Assembly (NCBI GenBank): GCA_018652685.1
Contig: JABIBQ010000066.1
Span: 701-64,700, forward strand
Origin: Candidatus Bathyarchaeota archaeon
GTDB taxonomy: Archaea; Thermoproteota; Bathyarchaeia; TCS64
Reading direction: 5' to 3'
DNA: 64,000 nucleotides
A program made the position numbers and the translations under genes. The notes under the pieces were generated by a model, which did not search any database, was not told the DNA's origin, and worked only from the letters and a program-made list of their open reading frames with translations. Below, in pieces: positions 55,156-64,000 of the stretch. How positions within the stretch are numbered: position 1 is the stretch's first letter; every line of letters starts with the position of its first letter.

Positions 55156-56952
55156 CTAGACCCTCTTCACGATTCTACCGGGTGTAGCGCCCGTGTGCGT
55201 GCCTTTCTCAACTACGACCACGCCGTTCACGAAGACATACTCGATTCCATTGGGGTGCTGGCTTGGCTCGACAGGTGTACCAACCACCTCAAGCTTGTCG
55301 TAGTCGAACACCGTGATGTCGGCATAGCTGCCCGGCGTGATTGTGCCCAATCCCTCCAGGTTGTGGTGCTCGGCCGCGGCGGTGCTGATCTTATAGATGG
55401 CCTCCTCCAGGGTGAAGATCTTACTATCCTTGACCATCTGGTTGATAAAGCCGGGGAAGGCGCCGAATGCGTTTCTTCCTGGCCTCCTGTATGGTGGCCT
55501 CTCCATCTTGTAGTCAGCGTCGAAGACGGCCTGGTCCAGGCTCAGACTACCAGCCTTGTGCTGGAACATGAGCGCCCTATATGGCTTCCACGGGAAGTTA
55601 CCGGTGTCCGCTGTCCCCGCGGCATAGCCCATGGCGTCAGGGTCCTCGCAGATGAGGTCGAACCATGTGTGAATCTTGTCCGAGTCCCTTTCTGCAGCAA
55701 TCATTGCCAGGTTCTTGCCTACTAGACTTGAGTCCTTGTGGCCGCTGATCCAGATGTTCTCGGCCCACTGGGGGTTCGTGTTGGGGTTGTAGGCCAGTCT
55801 GATGTACCACTTGCCGTTCTTGAGTGCGTCAATGATCTCCTCGCGGTAATCCGCCACCTTGAGCCACTCCGCGAACTTTTCCCTGCTGCCGCACTCTTTG
55901 AGCCACGGGTTAAGGATGCTGCTGAGGTAGGGCATGACGTCGAAGCCTGCTCTTAGGAACCATGGCATGCTGTCAAAGGTGAGTACCATGCCCTCGGCGA
56001 TGGCCTCATCGAAGTACTTGAGGGTTGCACGTATGTTGTGCTCCTCCAAGTAGTCGTTGCCCTCGGGGGTGAGTCTCCAGCCGGGTGTCAGGTGCGCGAT
56101 GTTTGTCGGAACTCCCGTTACTCTGCATGTGTTGATGGACTCTAACAGCCCGTCAACCTTATTGCTCCTCGTGTCGCCGAACTTAACCTGCCTACGCCTC
56201 CCCGTCCTCCTCCAGTGGGGCGCGTAGACCGCGTTGGGGTAGTCCTTGAGAACGGATACGCATTCGTTGATCTCGTCCATATGCGCCTGAACGCCCGGGT
56301 CATAGTCCAGCCCGCTGCTGAGACCGACGGCTCCCTCGTCAAGTGCCTGCTTGATGAGGACCTTCATCTCAGCCAGCTCGTCGCAGGTGCTGTGGCGTTT
56401 GTAGTCGTTGCCCATGACATTGTACCTGATTGTGCCCTGACCCACTAGGGGTACGGCGTTCATCGAGACGCCGACCTCCTCGACTTTTTTGAACCAGCCT
56501 CCCAGGGTATCCCAGTCGATGGTCCAGTCGAAGTACTTGTCCATGATCTCGTTGACCTGCTCTTTGGGGAACAGGCTCTTCTTTGGGTAGTACTTGTGGG
56601 GCTCAAGGTCGTCTATGTACTGGGCGGATATACCTGGCAAGTTCATCCAATCGCCGTATGGGCCCACGCTTCCGCCGCACTGGCCGCCAACGAAGCTGGT
56701 GACCCCCTGCATAATGTAACTCTCCGCTTTGGGGAAGAACAGCAGGGTTGTGTCGCCGTGGCTGTGGGCGTCGATCCAACCGGGGCTCGCGAAGAGCCCT
56801 TTGGCATCAACAATTTTCACAGCGTCTCCCTTGACATCGCCCAGAGCGGCGATCTTGTCACCCTTGACGCCTATTGATCCCTTGTACGCTTTCTTGCCAC
56901 TTCCGTCAATGATTTGAGCGTCCTTGATTATCACGTCGTATTCTTCAGACAT
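55156..56952 (-). CDS. N-acyl-D-amino-acid deacylase (D-aminoacylase) family
   Basis: PG.IDAHSH.D, QGVT..V.GQCG, GA.GLSSGL.Y.PG, P...FG.FP, ADI.VFD, GI.YV.VNG. Confidence 0.88.
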   Translation of the reverse strand: MSEEYDVIIKDAQIIDGSGKKAYKGSIGVKGDKIAALGDVKGDAVKIVDAKGLFASPGWIDAHSHGDTTLLFFPKAESYIMQGVTSFVGGQCGGSVGPYGDWMNLPGISAQYIDDLEPHKYYPKKSLFPKEQVNEIMDKYFDWTIDWDTLGGWFKKVEEVGVSMNAVPLVGQGTIRYNVMGNDYKRHSTCDELAEMKVLIKQALDEGAVGLSSGLDYDPGVQAHMDEINECVSVLKDYPNAVYAPHWRRTGRRRQVKFGDTRSNKVDGLLESINTCRVTGVPTNIAHLTPGWRLTPEGNDYLEEHNIRATLKYFDEAIAEGMVLTFDSMPWFLRAGFDVMPYLSSILNPWLKECGSREKFAEWLKVADYREEIIDALKNGKWYIRLAYNPNTNPQWAENIWISGHKDSSLVGKNLAMIAAERDSDKIHTWFDLICEDPDAMGYAAGTADTGNFPWKPYRALMFQHKAGSLSLDQAVFDADYKMERPPYRRPGRNAFGAFPGFINQMVKDSKIFTLEEAIYKISTAAAEHHNLEGLGTITPGSYADITVFDYDKLEVVGTPVEPSQHPNGIEYVFVNGVVVVEKGTHTGATPGRIVKRV

Positions 56953-57013
56953 TTCTTACACACCGAATATGCAAGAAATACACCGTTCGGGGATAAAATA
57001 ATTCCGAGGGACC

Positions 57014-58576
57014 TTATCGTTTCTTCAATATGAGCATTGATACCGCGCCTCCCGCGATGAGCCCGACGATTAGGAAGAATGTCGGATTAGATTGACTCGG
57101 AGTTTCGACGGGGATATCTAACTGGAATTCAAGCCCATCAACTGTGGACTGTAATATTTGGACCAGTTCCTGTTCAGTCTCCAAATCTTCTCCGAGAGTG
57201 TTGACCTGGTCCTCAAGTTCGACAATTCTTTGGTCTTGCGCCTGTATCGCTGCCTCGTTTTCCTGGGCGAGTTCCGCTGCGGATATGGTCAGTTCTTCAT
57301 TTTCGTCTCTCAGTGTATCTACACTCTGATCCAGGGCTTCATTCTCCTGCCTTAAATTGATAAGTCTCTCCGCCAGGACCGTGTTTTCGTCGGGAAAGTC
57401 CTTGTTGAGCACCAATTTGTCGAATACTTCCCCTGTCGAGTCAATGGCCTGCAGCTTTAACGTCCCATTTGTGTACATGTCAATCAATGTGAAGTGAAGA
57501 CTGGATTCAGTATATTCCACCCACCAGCCGTCAACCGTCTCGTAGAGAGGAGCACCCCACGCGCCGCTGGTGAGGTACAGTATCCCCTCGTCGTAGGATG
57601 CCTGTGCTTCGGTCCTAGATAGAGTCCAGTTCACCGGCGCGGATCGTTGGTAGTTGTGGCTGTGGCCGGAGAAGACGATGTCTACATCGTACTCGTCGAG
57701 GACTGCCACCCACCTGTTGACCCCTGTAAGCCACACGTCGTGATAGTTTTTCAGGATGTTTCGGTGTAGGAGCACAAACTTCCAGGTGTACTCCTTATGT
57801 TTCTCTAGGTCCGCGCGAAGCCACTCGGTCTGGAGGTCAAAGCCCTCCACAGTTGACTCGCTGTTCAGTACGGCTATGTGGATATCTGAGCCAAAGTTAA
57901 GGCTGTACCACTCCTCGTTACCTGGAAGCGCGAGACGTTCACCGTAGTTACTCGATCCACCGTCATGGTTTCCGATAGCTGACACAATGGGTATCACGTA
58001 CCCCTCTGGGGTAACCCATAATTGCTCAGCCTGGTCAAAGAAATCGTCCCACTGGTCATCCTCATCACCATCATTGACGAAATCACCGTTGAAAAGCACG
58101 AATTCCGGGCCGTACTGGGCCATGACAGTCGAAACGAGGTCCCTGAGGTCAGGGTTTGTCCTGCTGTCTCCGCCGACCACGAACCTTACGTGGTCCCTGA
58201 CCAGGGAGAGGGTCTTGAAACTCTGTTCCTCGCTGAATCCCGTCTCGGGGCTTCCGCATATGTAATAGTACACCGTCTCGGGCTCAAGCCCAGTGAGTTC
58301 CGCGTCGTGATAGACTCCGTTGATGTCATCTGCACTGTGTGAAACGGCCTCGGCGAAGAACCTGTAACTTTGAGGCGTTGCGTCACCGGGTACCGTATCG
58401 TAATAGATGGCGCCATTCGCCTCGCTTGAGGCCTTCCAGGATACAACAATGGTGTGGGCCGTGTCATCGCTCTGCCAGGTATGGTGTATGTTCCTCGGGT
58501 TGTCGTCGATCAGTGCGAGGGCAGGTACAACCCCCACCATTAAAAACAATATTATTGCCAGTTTTGCGGTCTTCAT
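57014..58576 (-). CDS. Secreted, C-terminally anchored purple-acid-phosphatase-like metallophosphoesterase
   Basis: Signal peptide, FN3-like L.GL.P.T.YYY, GD, GD, GNHD, H, GH.H.Y.R; acidic coiled coil; TM followed by KKR. Confidence 0.88.
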   Translation of the reverse strand: MKTAKLAIILFLMVGVVPALALIDDNPRNIHHTWQSDDTAHTIVVSWKASSEANGAIYYDTVPGDATPQSYRFFAEAVSHSADDINGVYHDAELTGLEPETVYYYICGSPETGFSEEQSFKTLSLVRDHVRFVVGGDSRTNPDLRDLVSTVMAQYGPEFVLFNGDFVNDGDEDDQWDDFFDQAEQLWVTPEGYVIPIVSAIGNHDGGSSNYGERLALPGNEEWYSLNFGSDIHIAVLNSESTVEGFDLQTEWLRADLEKHKEYTWKFVLLHRNILKNYHDVWLTGVNRWVAVLDEYDVDIVFSGHSHNYQRSAPVNWTLSRTEAQASYDEGILYLTSGAWGAPLYETVDGWWVEYTESSLHFTLIDMYTNGTLKLQAIDSTGEVFDKLVLNKDFPDENTVLAERLINLRQENEALDQSVDTLRDENEELTISAAELAQENEAAIQAQDQRIVELEDQVNTLGEDLETEQELVQILQSTVDGLEFQLDIPVETPSQSNPTFFLIVGLIAGGAVSMLILKKR

Positions 58577-58672
58577 GAGAATGCCTCAGATCAAAGATAC
58601 TGCGCCAGACTGTTAATAAAATCTAGGAACGACCCTCGATGGACTATTATTTGTTAAAGTTGATGGGATACC

Positions 58673-59845
58673 ATGAAGAGCGGAAGCTTGAGCGTCTACG
58701 CCGGTAACTTGGTCGTGGGCGATGGAAGTGTCCTCAAGGACAAGTATCTGGGGGTATCAGACGGTGTCATTGTCGAGGTATCTGACAGGCCGTTGACTGG
58801 CTACGGTGATGAGTACGATTATTCGGGCAAGTACGTCATGCCTGGGCTTATCGATGCCCACGTCCACTTGAGGTACGACCCGCACGGGGACCCTGAGAAG
58901 AGGTCCCACGAGTACCAGGCCATTAGGGGAGTCGAGAATGCGAAAAAATCACTGGAGATAGGGATCACGAGCCTCGGGGAGGCCGGTGGTATCGGGAACG
59001 TGGTGTTCGCGGTCAGGAATGCAATCAACAACGGGGTGGTCCTTGGCCCCAGGCTGTACGTATCAGGCGAGATGATCACAATCACGGGGGGCAGGACTAA
59101 GGTACCAGGTGAAAGGAAGGAGGTCAACGGGGCTGACTCAGCCAGAAAGGTGGCGAGGGAGCTGCTGATGTACCACAACGCGGACTTTATCAAGCTGGGG
59201 GCTACGGGGGCAATATCTAGTGCACACACGGGGCCGAGGCACCCCCAGCTCTCCGTTGACGAGATGAGGGCATGCGTGGAGGAAGCACATAACTGTGGAA
59301 AGATGGTTCACGGCCACTGCTACGGCGAGAAGGGAATCGGCAACAGCCTTGAAGCGGGCGTGGATGTCATCGTCCACGGCCAGTCACTGAAGGACGGCCA
59401 CATCAGGCACATGGTGGAGAACAAACTGATCCTCATGCCCACACTGAAGGCATTCTGCGGTCACAGGGACAACCTGGACAAGGGCGGGGTCCACACGAGG
59501 ATGGTGGACACGGGCATCTGGCCCGAGACAGAGCAAAACTTCAGAAGGGCTCTGGAGGCAGGCCTGACTATATCGATGGGCACGGACGGAGGCATGCCAG
59601 ACGACCACTTCTCGAACAACTACCTTGACCTCAAGTACATGGTCGAGTGGGGAATGACACCGGGACAGGCTGTGACGGCGGGCACGTTGAACGCGGCCAA
59701 GAGCTTGGCAATCGAGAATACGGTTGGGACCCTTGAAGTGGGCAAGTACGCTGATTTACTCGTGTTGGGGAAGAACCCGGTGGAGGAGATATCCAGCATC
59801 TGGACAAGCCTTGAGAAGGTAATCCTCAACGGCGTCCATCTTTAA
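58673..59845 (+). CDS. Metal-dependent amidohydrolase (Xaa-Pro dipeptidase/carboxypeptidase-like)
   Basis: PGLIDAHVH, ADFIKL.ATG, H.YG, I.HG, GTDGG, G.LE.GK.AD. Confidence 0.9.
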   Translation: MKSGSLSVYAGNLVVGDGSVLKDKYLGVSDGVIVEVSDRPLTGYGDEYDYSGKYVMPGLIDAHVHLRYDPHGDPEKRSHEYQAIRGVENAKKSLEIGITSLGEAGGIGNVVFAVRNAINNGVVLGPRLYVSGEMITITGGRTKVPGERKEVNGADSARKVARELLMYHNADFIKLGATGAISSAHTGPRHPQLSVDEMRACVEEAHNCGKMVHGHCYGEKGIGNSLEAGVDVIVHGQSLKDGHIRHMVENKLILMPTLKAFCGHRDNLDKGGVHTRMVDTGIWPETEQNFRRALEAGLTISMGTDGGMPDDHFSNNYLDLKYMVEWGMTPGQAVTAGTLNAAKSLAIENTVGTLEVGKYADLLVLGKNPVEEISSIWTSLEKVILNGVHL

Positions 59846-59867
59846 TCTTTTATTCCACCGCCCGTCC

Positions 59868-61022
59868 ATGCACGGCATGAAGAAGGACACCGTAGACCTC
59901 ATCGTTCTTGGTATCGCCCACAGCCTGAACCACAGTCTTTTCCTGGTCCTGCCGCCCCTTCTCGGCAACATCGCGGATGACCTGGGCACGAGTCTCACGG
60001 TAATTGGCCTTATCTCAACGATTACGTTCCTCACATATGGCACAGGCGCGTTGATAGGCGGACCCCTCAGCGACAGGCTGGGCAGCGTCAAGGTGGCAAG
60101 GATTAGCATCGGTCTCGGAGGGTTGATGTCGCTAGTCTTTCTCGTCGCCAATGATGTCTACGTCTTCAGTGCGGGGATGTTCCTGATGGCTCTCTGGGCT
60201 AGCTTCTATCACCCTACGGCAAACGGTTTGATTGCAAAAGCTTTCCCTGAGAATACGGGGCAGTCAATGGGCATCCATAACGCCGCGGGTAATTTTGGCC
60301 AGGTGTTCACGCCAACAGTAGCGTTCTTCCTAGGAATCACTTACAGTTGGAGAGCCAGCTTCGTGTTCTTCGGTCTGCTTTCGGTGGGCACGGCGTTCCT
60401 CATGGACAGGATAGAGGTTGACGAGGGAGAGATACAGAAGGCGGACAAATCATATATGGAGTTCATCAGGACACCGGGGCTGTGGATCGTGCTGGTCTAC
60501 AATGTGGTCGTCGGGTTCCTGTTCAGGTCCGTTGATCTGTTCTTCCCAAGTTTCCTCAGCACAGACTTACAATACACGGGCGGAATCGCGGCCTTCGCCA
60601 ACAGCATGATACTGTTCTTCGGGGTCATTGGCCAACTTCTGGGAGGCAGGGGTGCTGACAGGATGGGGCCGACTAAGGTACTGTTGATCACCACAACCGG
60701 GATGGTCGCCAGTTTTGCCCTATTGATGTTCCTGCCCGCAAACATCGCTGTACCGCTGTTTGTCATCGTCTACGGTATCTCCATGTTCGGACACCAGCCC
60801 ACGGTTACAAAACTCGTTAGCATGCTCAGTCCAAGGAATATGATGGGTCTTGCATACGGCGTGATGTTCTTCAGCGCGTTCGGGATCGGCAGCATCAGCA
60901 CGTCAGTGATAGGATGGGTTGCTGATAGTTATGGGTTGACGACGGCGTTCTGGGTGAACGCGGCTACAGCTTTAGTCCTGCTAAGTGTAGCGACTGTCAT
61001 CAGGATGAGGATCAAGAAGTAG
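59868..61022 (+). CDS. MFS transporter
   Basis: H..NH, G.LSDRLG, FYHP, G.GADR.G; about 12 TM. Confidence 0.92.
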   Translation: MHGMKKDTVDLIVLGIAHSLNHSLFLVLPPLLGNIADDLGTSLTVIGLISTITFLTYGTGALIGGPLSDRLGSVKVARISIGLGGLMSLVFLVANDVYVFSAGMFLMALWASFYHPTANGLIAKAFPENTGQSMGIHNAAGNFGQVFTPTVAFFLGITYSWRASFVFFGLLSVGTAFLMDRIEVDEGEIQKADKSYMEFIRTPGLWIVLVYNVVVGFLFRSVDLFFPSFLSTDLQYTGGIAAFANSMILFFGVIGQLLGGRGADRMGPTKVLLITTTGMVASFALLMFLPANIAVPLFVIVYGISMFGHQPTVTKLVSMLSPRNMMGLAYGVMFFSAFGIGSISTSVIGWVADSYGLTTAFWVNAATALVLLSVATVIRMRIKK

Positions 61023-61530
61023 TGAGGTAGGCCAGGACCCCGGTTATGGTCTTGGAGTCCTTAATTTCGTTGGACTCGATCATCTCCAGAACCTTCTCAA
61101 ACGGATATTTCTCCACCTTGATACTCTCGTCCTCCTCAGGACTTGCTCCAATAGAGGTCAAAGCCTCGGCGACGTAGATGTGAATAATCTCGTTGCTGTA
61201 TCCTGGCGCGACGTAGGCGCTTAAGAGCTTGCTCCAGTTACTTGCAGCGTAACCGGTCTCCTCCTGGAGCTCACGTACCGCACAGGCGTATGGGTCCTCA
61301 TCAACCTCAAGGGTGCCTGCGGGTATCTCAAGTATCTCAGACCGCGTGGAATACCTGTACTGCCGGATAAGAATCATCTGTCCATCATCTATGGCCACGA
61401 TGGCAACTGCCCCTGGGTGGTCAACCACGTCCCTGACGGTCTCTTTGCCGTTCGCCAGTCTGACTACGTCTGTCTTGAAGCTGAAATTCTTGCCCTTGTG
61501 AAGAAGTTTTGATGAGACGGTCTCTTCCAT
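61012..61530 (-). CDS. Nudix hydrolase, ADP-ribose pyrophosphatase-like
   Basis: V.HPGAV, RQYRY, EIPAG.LE..E....CA.RELQEETG, PG.S.E, DSKT. Confidence 0.92.
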   Translation of the reverse strand: MEETVSSKLLHKGKNFSFKTDVVRLANGKETVRDVVDHPGAVAIVAIDDGQMILIRQYRYSTRSEILEIPAGTLEVDEDPYACAVRELQEETGYAASNWSKLLSAYVAPGYSNEIIHIYVAEALTSIGASPEEDESIKVEKYPFEKVLEMIESNEIKDSKTITGVLAYLTTS

Positions 61531-61563
61531 ACGGTATGAGCCGTCGGAGTTTGGATAAAAAGG

Positions 61564-63006
61564 TTAGTAGTGGCTCTTGCCCCAGTAGTTCTTCGTCAGG
61601 TCGTAGAGCCCGGTGGTGTCAATCCGCCCGAGGGCGGCTTCAAGCTGCTCCTGAGCAGCCTCCATGATAGCGTACTCGTCAACGGTCTTGACCTCGCGTC
61701 CCTGCATCAGTATCTCCCCGTCCACGATTACGGTATCAACGTCGTTGCCGTTGGCGAAGAACGTCACCTTGTCAACTGGCATGTTCAGGGGGTAGAAGTG
61801 TGGCTTGTTGAGGTCAACAAGGATGATATCCGCCTTCTTGCCCTTCTCAAGGCTACCTATCTGGTCGTCGAGCCTGAACGCCTTTGCGCCGTCGATTGTT
61901 GTCATCTCAAGTATCTTGCCCGGTGGTAGGTAACCGCTGTCCCTGAAGTGGCGTCCGTGGTACCGTTTGCATTGGAACATGTGTCTGAACATGTCGAAGG
62001 AGCGGTCAGGGGCACCAGCATCGCTCGCCATCACCACGTTTGCCCCGGCTTCTATTAGCTCGGTGACGGGACACCGGCCGATCATGCTGGCGACCGCGCT
62101 TGGGCTGTGGGATATGTTCGTCCCTGTCTCTGCGCAGAGCCTTATCTCCTCCTCAAGTAGCTCCGTTGAGTGGTTGTATACGCAGTGTGGACCTGACATG
62201 TCCAGCTCCTCGTGGCAGAACTTTATAGTGCTGGTGTTGTGGCCGTCCATGGTGAGCATGAGGTCGTATTTCTCGATGAGTTCATTCGTGAGTTTGGACT
62301 GGTACTTGACGTCCTCAAGCTCTTTCCCAACTATTGGAGCCCTTTCAGGGTGGGGCGTCGGGAACATGGTGGCGATTTTGATCCTGCCGTTTCCCCTTCC
62401 GTGGTTCTCCTTGATTATCTTCTCGCTTACGCTGATCTGTTTCTCGACGGCAACGGTGTAGTCTCTCTTCTTGTCGCCTACCCACTCTGAGTACAGGCTG
62501 GGATAGGGTCCTCGCCTAAGCCCGACGGCCAGGAAAGTCCTGACTCCAACCTTCTCTGCCTCTTCGCAGTGTCCTTTAGCGTACTTGGGGTCATCGACCC
62601 GCATAATGCTGTCACCGCCACCGAAGAAGTTGATCCCGCAGGTGGTACCGAACTTTAGCCTCTCCAGGTTCAGTAGCGCCGCGTCCGCAGCCCAGTACTC
62701 CTCGGTCGAGCCCTGAGCATAGATATTGTTGCATGCCTTGTACCAGGTCTCGTTGTGCATGCCCAGTGTCCTGAGGATGCTGTGCCCGGCATGAGCATGC
62801 CCGTCCATTAACCCAGGTAAAACAGCCATCTTGTGAGCGTCTATCACGATATCGGCGTCATACGCCTTTACGATCGCGTCTGTCTCGCCTATATCGATTA
62901 TCCTGTCGTTTTCAACGGCCACTGCACCGTCCATGAGAACCCTCCGGTCCTTGTCAACGGTGATGACCATACCGTTCTTGATGAGAATATCAACCAAAGC
63001 AATCAA
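61564..63006 (-). CDS. Amidohydrolase, nucleoside/triazine deaminase-like (MtaD/AtzA/SsnA group)
   Basis: PG..D.H.H, GTT, H.P, SD, TIDGA.A..L...IGSLE.GKKADI. Confidence 0.88.
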   Translation of the reverse strand: MIALVDILIKNGMVITVDKDRRVLMDGAVAVENDRIIDIGETDAIVKAYDADIVIDAHKMAVLPGLMDGHAHAGHSILRTLGMHNETWYKACNNIYAQGSTEEYWAADAALLNLERLKFGTTCGINFFGGGDSIMRVDDPKYAKGHCEEAEKVGVRTFLAVGLRRGPYPSLYSEWVGDKKRDYTVAVEKQISVSEKIIKENHGRGNGRIKIATMFPTPHPERAPIVGKELEDVKYQSKLTNELIEKYDLMLTMDGHNTSTIKFCHEELDMSGPHCVYNHSTELLEEEIRLCAETGTNISHSPSAVASMIGRCPVTELIEAGANVVMASDAGAPDRSFDMFRHMFQCKRYHGRHFRDSGYLPPGKILEMTTIDGAKAFRLDDQIGSLEKGKKADIILVDLNKPHFYPLNMPVDKVTFFANGNDVDTVIVDGEILMQGREVKTVDEYAIMEAAQEQLEAALGRIDTTGLYDLTKNYWGKSHY

Positions 63007-63042
63007 AGAATACGTGGGATTATACCGTAAAATAATATGTGG

Positions 63043-64000
63043 TTATTGGGAGAGAGCCAGTAGTGCTACGGGCTCTCCTCCCACGTAGTAGACTCTAGGC
63101 GTGTTCGTGTGTAGGTGGTTGAGCAGGCTATACACCATCCACCCGGCAGTCTCAGCGGTCTTTGATAACGTGTTCTCGCCCTCCCTTCCTATGATCTCCA
63201 CGACGGTTCCCTTCTCAGCGTCAACACCTTCCAAGTCCACTAGATAGTGGTTGAGGCTCACCGAGCCGAGACTGGACTTGTATTGCCCATCAACAAGGAT
63301 ACGCCCCACATTCGCCATCTCACGAGGAATGCCGTCGTAGAAACCCGCGTGTATGGTACCTATTTTCATGTCCTTTGGTGCGATAAACTTACCCCAGTAC
63401 GTGACCCCCTCGCCCCTGCTGACCCGCTTGACATACTCGACCCGCGCCTTGAAACTGAGAACCTGCCTGAGATCAACAGGTGCAGAGAGATCTTTCTTCT
63501 CGGGGTAGACACCGTACAGGCTCATGCCGGGCCTGACAAGGTCAAGCCAACCGTCGGGGTTGTGGAGCGTTGCGTCGGTGCTGGACATGCTCCTGATTGG
63601 AACGTTGATACTCTTTGCCCTGAGCTTCTCGTCCACGGCGAGTAGCTTCGCAAGCATCTTTGGGTCCTCTGCGTTCTGCTGGAACGTAGAAAAGATACCA
63701 GACACATAAACGCCTTTCAGGTTGTAGACGTGCTCGATGAACTCTGCGGCTTCGCTGTGCCTGACCCCGATCCTGTTGAGCCCGGTATCCACCTTAATGA
63801 ACACCTTTGCATCGACTCCTAGTCTTGTCGCTGCTTCCGCCAGATTGTTTGCGTCTTCTCTGGTGTAGACGCACTGTGTGATACCATTCCCTACAACCGA
63901 GTCGTACTGACTCTCTGTGAACAGCACGTCCATGTTGAGGACATCCATCGTGATCCCTGCCTCCCTGATCTTCAGAGCTTCATACAATTTGGCCACCATG
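63043..64000 (-). CDS. alr: Alanine racemase family protein (5' end probably outside window)
   Basis: A.L.EA..IR.AGI, KVDTGLNRIG, D.VRPG..LYG, G.GVTY, G..DG.PR, PRVY. Confidence 0.85.
   Translation of the reverse strand, partial: MVAKLYEALKIREAGITMDVLNMDVLFTESQYDSVVGNGITQCVYTREDANNLAEAATRLGVDAKVFIKVDTGLNRIGVRHSEAAEFIEHVYNLKGVYVSGIFSTFQQNAEDPKMLAKLLAVDEKLRAKSINVPIRSMSSTDATLHNPDGWLDLVRPGMSLYGVYPEKKDLSAPVDLRQVLSFKARVEYVKRVSRGEGVTYWGKFIAPKDMKIGTIHAGFYDGIPREMANVGRILVDGQYKSSLGSVSLNHYLVDLEGVDAEKGTVVEIIGREGENTLSKTAETAGWMVYSLLNHLHTNTPRVYYVGGEPVALLALSQ

Overview
Gene-dense archaeal chromosome segment. S25e, Spt4/Rpo7, TiaS, EgsA, aCPSF1, SepF and CofE together point to a TACK archaeon, most plausibly Bathyarchaeia (inference). 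The left half is mostly housekeeping: rpo7-spt4-dephospho-CoA kinase, rps24e/rps27ae, three tRNAs (one with a BHB intron), proteasome alpha/beta, Cdc48, Fen1, TiaS and Nnr. The right half is catabolic: a 2-oxoacid:ferredoxin oxidoreductase, a TusA-DsrE2-DsrEFH sulfur-relay operon, hydantoinase/oxoprolinase A+B, a glycyl-radical enzyme with its activase, and a run of amidohydrolases, peptidases and a racemase. I found no CRISPR array, rRNA, integrase or transposase. The best candidates for novelty are: (i) a glycyl-radical enzyme with a non-canonical GCHW active-site loop; (ii) two GC-rich, highly base-paired intergenic RNA candidates at 962-1069 and 6983-7118; (iii) a KorB subunit with an ACT/RAM-like insertion; (iv) a Dsr-type sulfur relay with no DsrAB/DsrC in the window; (v) a D-amino-acid scavenging gene set. 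All calls are by eye from motifs; no database searches or folding programs were run.
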